Positions 29,180 to 39,534 of a stretch of 64,000 nt of DNA are shown piece by piece. Positions within the stretch are counted from its first letter, which is position 1; each line of letters opens with the position of its first letter. The position numbers were made by a program, and so were the translations under genes. Source of the stretch: a virus. Lineage: Duplodnaviria > Caudoviricetes. The notes under the pieces were generated by a model, which did not search any database, was not told the origin of the DNA, and saw nothing but the letters and a program-made list of their open reading frames with translations. The stretch is from positions 1 to 64,000 of IMG/VR virus record IMGVR_UViG_2867207765_000001; one strand, 5' to 3'.

Positions 29180-30772
29180 CTACTTCCGCGGCGTGGCGGT
29201 GCTCGACGGAGCGACGCTGTTCGTCGGAGCCGATGCGGACGCGGCTCGTTTCGTCAGCTCCTCGGTGATCCGGTTCGCCAGCGCCTGCAGCTGCGCCGGC
29301 GTCATCTTCGACAGGTCCCCGCCGGCCGAGCTGGTGTCGCCGATGCTGCTGTCGTTCGACGAGGCGTTCCCGGAACTCCCGGCAGCTTGCGTGCCGGTGG
29401 AGGTGACGATGTTGCCGTCCTCGTCGAACAGCGTGGACTTGCCGTTCTCGTCGATGACCGCGCGGTACACGACACCCTGCGACTGGCCGATGGATGCCAC
29501 CCACTCGTTCTTCCGACCGGGAACGATCTCGAACACCTTGAGCCCACTGGCCCAGCCGGTCAACCAACTGCTGCTCTGACGCACCTCGGACGCCACGCTG
29601 CTGTTCGCCTGACGGGCGTGCTTCTTGTCGTACTTGAACACGGTGATGGGGTTCCGGGTGCCGTGGGTGCCGACGGATGCGTCCACCACCGACAGGGCGA
29701 CGACGGAGTTCGACGACCCGGGCGGGGTCAGCGGGGTGACGTACGTGGCGTGGCCGGTGGACGTCTGGCGGAGGCCGAGTTCGGTCGGGTTGAACGCGTC
29801 CGGGTTGCCGGAGTCGGAGGAGGTGTCGTCGTAGCCGGCGCGGTTGAACCAGTAGTCGGAGAACGACCCGAGTGCCCGCAACGCGGCGCGCTGCCGTGCG
29901 GCGAGGGACTGCGGGTACACGGGGCCCGGCAGCGCGGTGATGGTGTGCGCCGCGGTGACGATGCTGAGCTGCCCGGTGCTGCCGTTGTAGACGGCGTCGC
30001 CGTAGAACGTCTCCGACGTGTTCCAGAACCCTTCGATGCGGGACAGGGGGACGACGACCTTCGCGGTGGACCCGTCGCAGAAGCCGTACACGTCGCCCTT
30101 GGTGAACGTCACTGTCGGCGGGGTCAGCTCGTCGATGTGACGGCCGAGGCTGTTGGACCAGAGGCCACCGCCGATGCGGAGCTTCGCGGAGCGGGAGAAG
30201 TTGCAGGTGGTGACATCCGACGGGGTTGCCTCACCGTAGAGCGGGATGTCCTGCGACTGAACCGACTCGTACCCGGCGCCGAACCCGCGGCGCTGCACTA
30301 ACGCATCCCAGAGGCCGTTCTTCGCCTGGTCGTTCAACGACTTGACGTTCAAGGCGGTGCCGGTGGTGTTTCCGAGGTTCTTCGTCGATGACGTGTCAGC
30401 GACCTTGAACGGGGTGCGCTCCCCGAACGAGGGCGCCGTGTGGTTCACCGTCTTCACGTCCCCGAGGTACAGCCGGTCAACCTGGTAGTTGTGCGGCACC
30501 CACGCGAAGATGATCGTCCCGACGAGGGCGAGGCCGAGAAACGTCCCGGCGATACCCGCCGCGGCCCCGCGGACGATGAACGTCGCTGCGAGGAGCACCG
30601 CCATCACCAGCAGGGGGATGAGGACGAACGCGTCCGCGGTGAACCATCGGGCGAAACCGTGGACCATCTGCGGCCCCCAGAAGATGGCGGGGATGCCGAC
30701 ACAGATTCCGACGATGACCACGGCGGTGACGAGCGCACCAACCGCTGTCGAGAACGTAGAAGAGCGACGCAT
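29180..30772 (-). CDS. Large membrane protein (3 TM + extracellular domain)
   Basis: N-terminal hydrophobic helices; upstream CCGCGCATAG. Confidence 0.8.
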   Translation of the reverse strand: MRRSSTFSTAVGALVTAVVIVGICVGIPAIFWGPQMVHGFARWFTADAFVLIPLLVMAVLLAATFIVRGAAAGIAGTFLGLALVGTIIFAWVPHNYQVDRLYLGDVKTVNHTAPSFGERTPFKVADTSSTKNLGNTTGTALNVKSLNDQAKNGLWDALVQRRGFGAGYESVQSQDIPLYGEATPSDVTTCNFSRSAKLRIGGGLWSNSLGRHIDELTPPTVTFTKGDVYGFCDGSTAKVVVPLSRIEGFWNTSETFYGDAVYNGSTGQLSIVTAAHTITALPGPVYPQSLAARQRAALRALGSFSDYWFNRAGYDDTSSDSGNPDAFNPTELGLRQTSTGHATYVTPLTPPGSSNSVVALSVVDASVGTHGTRNPITVFKYDKKHARQANSSVASEVRQSSSWLTGWASGLKVFEIVPGRKNEWVASIGQSQGVVYRAVIDENGKSTLFDEDGNIVTSTGTQAAGSSGNASSNDSSIGDTSSAGGDLSKMTPAQLQALANRITEELTKRAASASAPTNSVAPSSTATPRK

Positions 30773-30857
30773 GGAAGAGATCCGTTCTGTCGGCGCGAGC
30801 CGCCGACATCATCCCTATGCGCGGGACCACGTCGGGGCTGCCGCGCACATGCGGAGC

Positions 30858-31775
30858 GTGACCCATCAGTTCGTGCGTAAGTCCCAGACCGGAGAGCCCA
30901 CCAGCAACGGAGGCCACTTCGGCAGCCACAAGCGCAGCAACGACCAGGTCAACCTCGGTCAGCTCGCCGCACCAGCAGGGGTTGGCAAGGAAGCCACCGT
31001 CTGGTGGGTGGAGGAGGTGCCACCGGTCGGCCGGCAGCGCAAGCCCCGCCGGGAACGGAAGTCGGGCACCATCTGCGTCACACTCCCCGTCATCGCGGCG
31101 GAGGACGCCCCGGTGACGTTCCGGGTGCCGTCGGAGTTCACCGATGACGAATCGGAAGTCCGCGAGTTCCGTACGTACGACGGGGCCCTCTACTGGTCGA
31201 CGCCGTTCCACGACACCCACGCCACCGCCGAACAACTTCTCGGGCAGGTTGCATCCCGTGTCGGCCAGGAGACGCATCCCAGCAAGGACCACGCCCAGCG
31301 GGAGGCGCAGGAGCGGCTGCGGGACATTGTCGTCATCGACGGGATCGTCTGGGAGAGGACTGCGGAACCCGGCTACCAGATCCGCACCTACGGGGAACCC
31401 GGCGGGAAGGACAGCAGAACCACCATCGGGTACGGCATCAAGGCCGCCGACAAGCACGGAGATCCGTGGTTCCCCGCCAGCCCGGCCGGATACGGCACCG
31501 CCGTTCACGCCGCCCTCGAACTCGCCGCACAACGCGGCGATACTGAGTCCATGGAACGTATCCCGCAGACGAAGCAGATCGGCACCGCACCGGAGACGCC
31601 GGTCGGGACGTTCTGGGATGAGCCGAAGTTCCAGCAAGGCCTCCTCGAGGACATCCGCACCGAGATTGCCGATCGGAAGTACGAAGGCCGCGACACACCC
31701 GACATCATGGAGAAGCTCTACGCGCAGCGCGGCGACCTCGTCCGGAAGCTCCGCGCAGCTGGCTACGACGCGTAA
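30858..31775 (+). CDS. Leader-motif protein 4 (paralog family A)
   Basis: N-term RKSQTGEPTSNGGHFGSHKRSNDQVNL; FR.YDG.LY, V.IDG.VW..T.EP.Y. Confidence 0.8.
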   Translation: MTHQFVRKSQTGEPTSNGGHFGSHKRSNDQVNLGQLAAPAGVGKEATVWWVEEVPPVGRQRKPRRERKSGTICVTLPVIAAEDAPVTFRVPSEFTDDESEVREFRTYDGALYWSTPFHDTHATAEQLLGQVASRVGQETHPSKDHAQREAQERLRDIVVIDGIVWERTAEPGYQIRTYGEPGGKDSRTTIGYGIKAADKHGDPWFPASPAGYGTAVHAALELAAQRGDTESMERIPQTKQIGTAPETPVGTFWDEPKFQQGLLEDIRTEIADRKYEGRDTPDIMEKLYAQRGDLVRKLRAAGYDA

Positions 31776-31802
31776 TACGCCGCGGCCGCGCACATGCCGG
31801 TC

Positions 31803-32798
31803 ATGACCGCAGACAGCATCATCCGCAAGAGCCACACCGGGGAAGCCGGGAACCGCGGTGAGTTCGGAACGCACCGCCACGACGACGACACCATCGACCT
31901 TGGCGTTGCTGGAAAGGGAGCATCCCTGCCCGCGTACGAGCAGGAGGTGGGCATCTCCTGGTACGAGATGGGGCTGCCGTCCTCTCGTCACCGTAAGTTT
32001 GTTCCAATCAAGCAGGAGGGGACCCACATCGTTCGGATCCCGCAGGTCTCCGCGGCCGATGCTCCGGAAGCGATGACCTACATCAGCAAGGACGTCTGGA
32101 CAAAGGAGGAGACGGAGCACCGTTTCCGAGCCATCGACGGTGAGCTGTACCGGCTCGTGCCAGGCGGTGCTGACGCGGTCACCGGCATCGCCCGGAGGGA
32201 GAGCTCCGGCTCCCAGTACCCCGACCGTTGGGGTGAGACGGTTGGCTCAGCGAAGGTACGTCAGCAAATGGACGAAGCGATCGAGGACTTCGTCCTCATC
32301 GACGGTGAAGCGTGGAGGCGAACGCCGGAGCCTGTGTATCAGGTGTCTAACCCTGGGATGGGCGGGAGCTACGCGTTCATCAATGTCGCTGGCGCACCGG
32401 ACACCAGCGAGGAGGCAGCCAGCAGCGACTTCTTCCCCGCCGACCAGTACGAAGAAGCAGTCGCGTTCGCTGGGCGGTTCGGACACGAGGTCAGCGGACC
32501 GGACGAGGGGAACCGCATCACACCCATGAACGGGTTCATCCCCGGGTCGACCTGGACTCCAGCGACCCGCATCTCGTTCCCCGACGAGCCGCTGTACACG
32601 CTCGACAGTACACAGTTCGCGAGCGCGTTCGCTGAGGTGCGGAGCACGGTGGAGTCGGTGCCCGGTGCCGTCACAGTCGTCGATGACGGGCGAGGCGGCA
32701 CCCGCCGAAAGGTCGACTGGACGAAATTCACCGCTCATCAAAAGTCGCAGTACGAGAACTACGTCACGCGCGCGGTCGAGGAGGGATACCTCCTCTAA
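31803..32798 (+). CDS. Leader-motif protein 5 (paralog family A)
   Basis: N-term RKSHTGEAGNRGEFGTHRHDDDTIDL; FRAIDGELY, IDGEAWRRTPEPVY, FPADQYEEAV. Confidence 0.8.
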   Translation: MTADSIIRKSHTGEAGNRGEFGTHRHDDDTIDLGVAGKGASLPAYEQEVGISWYEMGLPSSRHRKFVPIKQEGTHIVRIPQVSAADAPEAMTYISKDVWTKEETEHRFRAIDGELYRLVPGGADAVTGIARRESSGSQYPDRWGETVGSAKVRQQMDEAIEDFVLIDGEAWRRTPEPVYQVSNPGMGGSYAFINVAGAPDTSEEAASSDFFPADQYEEAVAFAGRFGHEVSGPDEGNRITPMNGFIPGSTWTPATRISFPDEPLYTLDSTQFASAFAEVRSTVESVPGAVTVVDDGRGGTRRKVDWTKFTAHQKSQYENYVTRAVEEGYLL

Positions 32799-32879
32799 CC
32801 AGTGCCGCCACGAGCGCCGCTGCGCCGCCAGGTGTTGCGGCGCTTCGTTGGTTCAGCAGTCCCCGCGCACATGCTGGTC

Positions 32880-33896
32880 ATGAACATGTCCACACCAGCG
32901 CACAAGGGGCAGGTCGGCGAACCCGGCCACGCCGGGCACTTCGCTCACACCCGTCACGACCACGACGAATCGGTCACCCTCAGCCTCGGCGCCCAGCCCG
33001 GCCGCGTTGACCTCGCACCGCTCACCCGCGAGGTCGACGTCGCCTGGTACGACCAGGAGCTCCCCTCGAAGCGGCACCGGAAGACAGTTGCCGTGGAGAA
33101 GCGCGGTACGGTCACGGTGAGCATCCGCCGGATCGCCGTCGAGGACGCTCCCGCAGCGTTCTCGCGCCCCCTCGGACCGGAGAGCGACGCCGCCGTCATC
33201 AACTACCGGGTCGTCGACGGCCAGCTGTACTCCGACGCGGACGACCGCCGCGGTGAGCCATGGTCTGCAGTCAATGACCTCATCGACGACTGGGCTAACC
33301 AGTCACAGGCCGACCAGTGGCACCACAAGACGGAGTCGGAGGTGAAAGCAAGCATCGAAGAGCGCGCCGAACGCGTCGTCGTCATCGACGACAAGACATG
33401 GGGGAAGGCGAAGGAGCCCGTGTACGGGATCACCACCTTCGGTCCCGGCGGAGGCGGCACCAGCATCTTCATCGAGACGGCGCCAACCACACAGCACGAA
33501 GCCGCAGACCCCTCCTACTTCCCAGCAGACCAGTACGACGAGGCGGTCGCATACGCGGTCGAAACGGCGACCCGCCGGGGCGACACCCAGTCGCTGGGTC
33601 GTCTGCAAGCCGCACCACGCATCGAAGTGACCGGGGCGTTCCAGCCGGGAACGACCTGGAACCCGGCACCACGGTTCGAGTTCCAGTACGCATGGGAGAA
33701 CCACGCCCGCGGGTTCGCCGCGTCATTCGCACAGCTCCGAAACGGCATCGCCTCAGTTCCCGGGGCCGTCGTCGTCGAACCGGACGGGAACGGCGGAACC
33801 CAACGACGGGTGGACTGGACGACGGTCACCGCCGAACACAAGTCGGCGTACAAGAGCTACCTCGACCGCGCCGCGGAAGAAGGCATCCTCCTCTAG
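32880..33896 (+). CDS. Leader-motif protein 6 (paralog family A)
   Basis: N-term HKGQVGEPGHAGHFAHTRHDHDESVTL; YRVVDGQLY, EPVY, FPADQYDEAV, RRVDWT. Confidence 0.8.
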   Translation: MNMSTPAHKGQVGEPGHAGHFAHTRHDHDESVTLSLGAQPGRVDLAPLTREVDVAWYDQELPSKRHRKTVAVEKRGTVTVSIRRIAVEDAPAAFSRPLGPESDAAVINYRVVDGQLYSDADDRRGEPWSAVNDLIDDWANQSQADQWHHKTESEVKASIEERAERVVVIDDKTWGKAKEPVYGITTFGPGGGGTSIFIETAPTTQHEAADPSYFPADQYDEAVAYAVETATRRGDTQSLGRLQAAPRIEVTGAFQPGTTWNPAPRFEFQYAWENHARGFAASFAQLRNGIASVPGAVVVEPDGNGGTQRRVDWTTVTAEHKSAYKSYLDRAAEEGILL

Positions 33897-33955
33897 CCGG
33901 GAACGACGGAGCGCCGCGGTCCGCTGGGCGGGCCGTGGCGCTTCGATGTTCGGGG

Positions 33956-34561
33956 TCAGACGGCAGTAGCGGGAGAGGTGGGTGTGCCGCGCAGGGCCGT
34001 CAGGAGCTCCCGTCGCATCCGCAGGAGCCGGTCGTCCTGCTCGGTCAGCTCCTGCTGCAACGTGTCCGGGTGATCCAGTTCCAGCTGCTCCCAGAACGAC
34101 ATCTCGCCTGGCGCTTCCGCGCGAGCGGCGAGGAGCAGCAGCGTCGCAACGTACTGCGTCTGCGCGATGAGACGACGGACCGCGTTCCGCGTTCGACGCG
34201 GCTGCGGGCCGGCTTCCTGATACGCCTCGAGCACCCGCTGCAATTCAACGACATGGCCAGTCACCGCAGCCCGGTAGCCGGGCATCGTGGCGAACTCCGG
34301 CGACGACGGAGCGATTCGAGGCTTCGGAAACAGCAGCAGCCGCACGATGACGTACACGCTGCAGGCAATGAGGACACAGAACCAGCCGGATCCGATGACA
34401 TCCGATCCCGAAGCGTCCAGGCCGCGCAGGAACGCCACACCGAGCAGCGCCACCGGTGCGGCCATGACCATGCGGATGAGGACCGGTCGGATGGTGTGCA
34501 CACCGACGACGACGTAGTCGTCGATGGCGGAGTACACGATGCGGGTGCGGGAGCCGAGCAT
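33956..34561 (-). CDS. Two-TM membrane protein (start uncertain)
   Basis: Hydrophobic helices; upstream GCGCATAG. Confidence 0.55.
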   Translation of the reverse strand: MLGSRTRIVYSAIDDYVVVGVHTIRPVLIRMVMAAPVALLGVAFLRGLDASGSDVIGSGWFCVLIACSVYVIVRLLLFPKPRIAPSSPEFATMPGYRAAVTGHVVELQRVLEAYQEAGPQPRRTRNAVRRLIAQTQYVATLLLLAARAEAPGEMSFWEQLELDHPDTLQQELTEQDDRLLRMRRELLTALRGTPTSPATAV

Positions 34562-34622
34562 GCTGCGTCCGTTCGTCACGTGAGGTGCGGTCGAACGGTC
34601 TATGCGCAGCCACTCAAGGCAG

Positions 34623-34696
34623 TGCCCCCGCCGGGACTCGAACCCGGAGTCTGCCGGGTAGAAGCCGGCTGCCGTGTCCAGTTGGGCCACGGAGGC
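34623..34696 (-). tRNA. tRNA-Arg(TCT)
   Basis: Anticodon arm GCCGG-CTTCTAC-CCGGC; GGTTCGAGTCC. Confidence 0.85.
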
Positions 34697-34728
34697 AGAG
34701 GAGCCCACAGCGCAAGACAGGGCCGCGG

Positions 34729-34943
34729 CTACGCGGCGCGAGCGACAATGTCGTCGAACTCGTCGTCGGTGACGTCGTTCAGCGTCTGGTAGCCAGACGT
34801 CTGAAGTCGGTCGGCGACCTGAGCGAGCCAGGACAGGTCGTCCGGGTCAGCGTCGTGACGCTCGAGCAGGTACGCGCGGATGTCCGCCGGGCTCTTCCGG
34901 CCATGGCATCACGGATGCGCGTTGAGGTGGTGAAAACAGCCAT
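34729..34943 (-). pseudogene. Small frameshifted ORF (MAVFTTS...DIRAYLL...DDEFDDIVARAA)
   Basis: AAGGAG RBS; coding-like frame switches near 34895. Confidence 0.35.
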
Positions 34944-35354
34944 GGGAGATGCTCCTTCCAGAAGCGAATGTTCGAAGTTGTTCATGTGCTGCCGACAAGG
35001 GGGCGAGTGCCGCTACCGTTCCGGCTGTGGCGTTGCGATGGAGTATGGGATTACCCGGGCCGTTCTACCTTTCCGGGCGAGTGTTCCCGCGAATGCCGCA
35101 CGGGCGGCGAACCAGTCTCCGCGCCCTCAGCCGCGACCCCGCTGTTCGCGCCGGCGGTCGCTTCATGCGGCTGCTGCTGGTCGGCACCTGGTGGCTCGGT
35201 GTTGGGATGCTGATTGTCGGCTACTGGATGTACCTCGGGTTCATAGCCGGCGTCTGGTGGGTGATTGCGTCGATCGTCGAGCGGAGACTGCTGCCGTGGC
35301 CTGTTCCCGCTCATGCATGGCGGTTCTGGCGTCACACGGGCGTTTGAACCGGGA

Positions 35355-35429
35355 TGGAGCGGCAGGCGGGACTCGAACCCGCTCCTCCTCGTCGGCAACG
35401 AGGTGCTCTACCAGTTGAGCTACTGCCGC
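35355..35429 (-). tRNA. tRNA-Gly(GCC)
   Basis: CCTCG-TTGCCGA-CGAGG; CCA encoded. Confidence 0.9.
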
Positions 35430-35501
35430 ACGGTCGACGGCGAGCGCAGGCATCAGATACTGCGTTCACCGACGTGGTGCTGCCGGTGACCGCGGAGCGG
35501 C

Positions 35502-35972
35502 CTACTTCCGCACCGACGGTGTGGGCGATGGTGCCTCGTCGGGCGCCGGCAGTGGTGCCGTCCCGCGCAGGGGCGAAGGAACCGGCTTCGGAGCGACGGC
35601 ACCAGCAGGACTGGTCGCCGCGATCCCCGGAGCGATAGCCCCCACCGCAGGAGCAGCGGCACGCGGCGGCGTCCTGCCGCCAGCGCTAGCCCCAGCGGTC
35701 GTCGAGGAGCCCGACACTGTCCCCGCAGTGGTGCTGCCCGTGCCTGAGGTGCTTCCGGCGCTCGAGGTGGCGCCGGGCGGCGCGGGCGGCGCCGTGGCGC
35801 CGCCCAGCTGTGTCGTCGTGGTGGTGACGTCAGGGATGACGTGCTGCACGCTGCCGCCTCCGGAGACGAACAGGGCAGTGAGGACGGCGGCCGCTACCGC
35901 GACAACTACGAGAGCGGTAACGAGGATGACCCGCGAACGCTTGGCGCGCACGACGAACTCGTTAGTCCGCAT
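35502..35972 (-). CDS. Membrane-anchored Thr/Ser/Pro-rich protein
   Basis: AAGGAG RBS, N-terminal TM helix. Confidence 0.55.
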   Translation of the reverse strand: MRTNEFVVRAKRSRVILVTALVVVAVAAAVLTALFVSGGGSVQHVIPDVTTTTTQLGGATAPPAPPGATSSAGSTSGTGSTTAGTVSGSSTTAGASAGGRTPPRAAAPAVGAIAPGIAATSPAGAVAPKPVPSPLRGTAPLPAPDEAPSPTPSVRK

Positions 35973-36041
35973 AACTCTCCTTCCCCTTCTGGTATTGTTG
36001 TTGTGAACGACAGGAATGGTTCAGTTCCTGTTTCCGATGGG

Positions 36042-36114
36042 TGCCCCCGGCAGGTATCGAGCCCGCGTCCCCCGATTAAAAGTCGGGTGCTATTTCCGTC
36101 TCAGCTACGGAGGC
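36042..36114 (-). tRNA. tRNA-Lys(TTT)
   Basis: CCCGA-CTTTTAA-TCGGG; atypical T-loop. Confidence 0.8.
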
Positions 36115-36115
36115 A

Positions 36116-36190
36116 TGGAGCCTGAACCGGGATTCGAACCCGGGACATTCCGCTTACGATGCGGTTGCTCTACCACTGAGCTATTCAGGC
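36116..36190 (-). tRNA. tRNA-Thr(CGT)
   Basis: CCGC-ATCGTAA-GCGG; GGTTCGAATCC; CCA. Confidence 0.85.
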
Positions 36191-36271
36191 TTGGATTGTT
36201 CCCGCCGGGAGGGTGTACATCCCGGCGGGAACAACGCTTCTATGCGCGGGCAGTTCCGGCTGCTGCGGCGA

Positions 36272-36985
36272 TTAGTTGCGGCAGCCGTTCCGGTACCAGT
36301 CCAGCGACTCCTGCAGCTGCTCCGGCGTGCCGTACTCGAGGCGGATTTGCGCCGGTCCGGTGAGCTCCCGCATGAGCACCCGAGGGGGCTGGAACGGGAA
36401 GCCGGCGTTCTCCAACCGGTCGTCCGCCTGCACAGCGTTCTTCCACGGGGTGTCGCCGGCCGGGTCGTAGAACCGGACCTCGTTGAGGAGCGCGGACCTC
36501 GTAACCCCGCTCTCGTCGGCGGAATCGAACCGAAGCAGGCCAAGTTCCGCTCGGAACCGGTACGCCAGCTTCCCGTCCTCGTCTCGCGCCCACGGATGCA
36601 CGCCCTTCAGCGCGGTGTAGCCCGCACGCTCCCGGAAGTCCGGGACGGCGTTCGCCACCACAAGAAGCGGCAGCGTGTACATCCAGCTCTGCCGGTCTGT
36701 CGGGGTGATGATGAGCAGCGACGTCAGCTGCACAGTGGCGTCACCGAGCACCATCGGCGTGTACGGGACCGGGTTCCGTGTGATCGTCACCGTGTCCGGC
36801 ACCTTGCCCTCGAGACGGGACAGCGGAAACACCGCCGACTCCGGCTGCGCGTCGCGGTCCCCGGTCCCGAGGAGCTCCAGCGTCACGTCCTCACCATCGA
36901 TGGCGGCCACCCGGCCGTACCGCGGGAGACCCCGCTCCTGAGCGGAGATGTACGCGTTGCCGCCGACGTAAAGGTTCCTGGTCAC
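36272..36985 (-). CDS. Hypothetical protein
   Basis: GGAG RBS, upstream CCGCGCATAG. Confidence 0.65.
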   Translation of the reverse strand: MTRNLYVGGNAYISAQERGLPRYGRVAAIDGEDVTLELLGTGDRDAQPESAVFPLSRLEGKVPDTVTITRNPVPYTPMVLGDATVQLTSLLIITPTDRQSWMYTLPLLVVANAVPDFRERAGYTALKGVHPWARDEDGKLAYRFRAELGLLRFDSADESGVTRSALLNEVRFYDPAGDTPWKNAVQADDRLENAGFPFQPPRVLMRELTGPAQIRLEYGTPEQLQESLDWYRNGCRN

Positions 36986-37061
36986 GAGCGCTGCTCCGTT
37001 CCGCGGCGCCGTCGCGGCGCCGTCACGACCTCTATGCGCGGAACGGTGACACTCCTGTGCG

Positions 37062-37135
37062 AGGCGACGACAGGAATCGAACCTGCGTGACCCGGGTTGC
37101 AGCCGGGCGCCTACGTGCCACTCAGCCACGCCGCC
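37062..37135 (-). tRNA. tRNA-Cys(GCA)
   Basis: CCCGG-CTGCAAC-CCGGG; U73. Confidence 0.88.
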
Positions 37136-37436
37136 ATGATGTGCCCGCCGCGGGAGCGTGACTCCCCGCGGGCGACTCCCAGATGTTGCACCGGGAGGTG
37201 GTTCGCGGGCGGGAGAGGCCCGACCCAGAGTCGCCCCTGGCCGGCTTGCACCGCTCGATTCCCCGGACCTTGCCGGGCCTGCGCACCCCGACGCAGCCTG
37301 CTGCTTCGGAGACGGCTTCGGACTCCGCCCCTGAAGGCGTCACCGCGTCGCGTGAAAGGCGCGCGCCCACCTGTGAAGGTGAGCACGATGAGTGTGCGAC
37401 TGCTCCACCGCGTCGTACGCGGTGTGCGTGGACCTG

Positions 37437-37883
37437 CTACCCGTTGGACGGGCCAGCGGGCACGGTGGTGGCGGTCGGCATGGGTGTTCCGTGCGGGACC
37501 GGGGTGATGGAGCCGTTGTCGCCGACGACTGCGCCGGCGTCGGGGACGGCCGGTGTGAAGTCGCGGACGAACGGTGTCTCCGTGACCGCACCCCGAACGG
37601 ACTCGCCGAGCGCGGGAACCGTCTGGCCGGCCCGGTAGTACACCCACGTGGTGGCGACCTCGTGTTCCGCGCAGTTTTCGTCCGGAAGCCGCTCCAACGT
37701 CTTCGTGTCGGAGCAGACCTTCGCGTACCAGTACGTCGTGTGTTGGGCGGACGAGCCATCGTCCGTCATCAGGCCCAAGGACCAGAAGATGCCGATCAGG
37801 AAGACGAACAGGGAGATGACCAAGCAGATGGGAAGGACTGCGTCCTCGATGTCACCGCGATCAGAGCGGAGGAAGTTCTTCAC
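37437..37883 (-). CDS. Membrane-anchored protein, paralog of 46497-47024
   Basis: YA..C....T..R..D.NC ... W.YY..G.TVPA.G shared. Confidence 0.7.
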   Translation of the reverse strand: MKNFLRSDRGDIEDAVLPICLVISLFVFLIGIFWSLGLMTDDGSSAQHTTYWYAKVCSDTKTLERLPDENCAEHEVATTWVYYRAGQTVPALGESVRGAVTETPFVRDFTPAVPDAGAVVGDNGSITPVPHGTPMPTATTVPAGPSNG

Positions 37884-37949
37884 GCCGTCCCCTATGCCTG
37901 CGACATCGGATGAGAAGGGCGGGCCGCCGCGCCCAACAACTGAGCGGCT

Positions 37950-38020
37950 TGGACCTGGTCAGACTCGAACCCGCGGTGCCCGGCATGCCCTGCAGGTGCG
38001 CCACCGGCTGCGCGACAGGC
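37950..38020 (-). pseudogene. Degenerate tRNA-Ala(GGC) copy
   Basis: Aligns by eye to 38241-38313 with broken stems. Confidence 0.65.
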
Positions 38021-38240
38021 GTGCCCGGCCGTCGCGCGTGAGTGCGCGACGGCCGGATTGTCGCTTCCCCGCAACAGTGGCCGACGGTATTGCCGCAACT
38101 TGATACGGGTACTACTTCGGGTTGCCCAGATGGATGGTCCGGAGTTACCGCTGCCGCCTCTACCGTCGCGGGGCGCCCGCCGGCGGGTGCTGGTGCGACG
38201 GCCTGTACGGCAATGTCCGTGCGTCTCCCAACGCACGACG

Positions 38241-38313
38241 TGGACCTGGCCGGGCTCGAACCGGCGACCCCCTGCATGCCATGCAGGTGCGCTACCAACT
38301 GCGCCACAGGCCC
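38241..38313 (-). tRNA. tRNA-Ala(GGC)
   Basis: CCTGC-ATGGCAT-GCAGG; G3:U70. Confidence 0.92.
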
Positions 38314-38420
38314 ATGCTTCCGGCCGTCGGACAGGTTCTGCTGCCGACAGCCGGACCGTTCCACTGATCGGCTCAGTGGGAAGCCTCCCCACTCCTATGC
38401 AGGGTGGGGACGTTCAGCCG

Positions 38421-39482
38421 CTACGCGTCATTCTTCATCGCGTACTTGTTGCTGATGGCCTTCCAGGACGCGCGGATGACCTTCCCGTCCACGACGATCT
38501 TCGACGTTGTCTTCGCCCGCCAGACGACACCCTCGGCGTTGCGCTGCGGATTCACCAGCGACTTCAGACCGTCGACCTGCGCGAGCGCCTCGTCCGAGGT
38601 GTGCGGGTACGGCAGGTCGTAGACGGGAACGGCGATGTCGAGGACGAACTGCGGCCAGGAGTCGCGGGGGAGCTCCTGCCCGTCGACGATGAGGGTGAAC
38701 GCGGCGAAGGTGACGTCGCGGAGCTGCAGCGGGTTCTTCTGGATGCCGGGCCCGAACAGCTCACCCTGCAGGGCGATGGTGTTCGCGTCCGGGAACGCGC
38801 TGCGGAGCCGGTTGTGCAGGTCGAGTTCGAGGGCCTTCTTCCACATGGAGTGGTCCTCGTTCCGCTTGAACTCGTAGTTGCGGCCAGCGACACCGTCCTG
38901 GTCGCCGAGGATGAACACCGTCATCGACGTGCCGTCGACCTTCTCGGTGGCGACCCACTCGACGTCGCGGGCGCGCAGCGGCTCCGACACGTTCTGGATG
39001 CGCTCCTCGTCCGTCTTTGGGAACTGCGCGGGGAAGTTCCCAGCGACGTCACCGGCGATACCAGCAGGCAGCGGCGGGTCCCACTTGCGGACCCGGAGGA
39101 CGTCGGTGACGTCGGTGCCGAAGTCGAGGCCGGCGACCTCGGGGAACTCGGACAGCGGGAACACGATGCCCTGCGAGTACTGGCCGCGGAGCTTCGCGGT
39201 CTTGAGGACATGGCCGGTGAACCCGGTCAGCGCGTCGGTGCGTACGCCACGCGGGGCGAGGAACGCGAACCGCGGGTCGGTGGTGTCCAGGTGGGAGTCC
39301 ACCTCGATGTACACGCACGGGTCGCCGATGGAGAACTCGCCCTTCTTCACCACGACGTCCCAGCCGCGGACGCGAACACGCTCGATGGCGTCGGCGTCAG
39401 GGATGGGCTGCACGTCGAGGATGGTTTCAACGGTTGCGAGTGCACGTTCCGTCGTGGGCGGCTGAATGAGGATGTCGGTCAT
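38421..39482 (-). CDS. ATP-dependent RNA ligase, DRB0094/Rnl5-like
   Basis: N-terminal OB (PIPDADAIE..V.GW.VVVKKGEF, YIE.DS), ATEKVDGTS, QGELFGPGIQKN, EGVV, KAISNKY. Confidence 0.92.
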   Translation of the reverse strand: MTDILIQPPTTERALATVETILDVQPIPDADAIERVRVRGWDVVVKKGEFSIGDPCVYIEVDSHLDTTDPRFAFLAPRGVRTDALTGFTGHVLKTAKLRGQYSQGIVFPLSEFPEVAGLDFGTDVTDVLRVRKWDPPLPAGIAGDVAGNFPAQFPKTDEERIQNVSEPLRARDVEWVATEKVDGTSMTVFILGDQDGVAGRNYEFKRNEDHSMWKKALELDLHNRLRSAFPDANTIALQGELFGPGIQKNPLQLRDVTFAAFTLIVDGQELPRDSWPQFVLDIAVPVYDLPYPHTSDEALAQVDGLKSLVNPQRNAEGVVWRAKTTSKIVVDGKVIRASWKAISNKYAMKNDA

Positions 39483-39534
39483 GGCTCTTCTATGCGCGGA
39501 GTTCGGCGCTGCAATGCAACAGCAGCTGGCGGGA

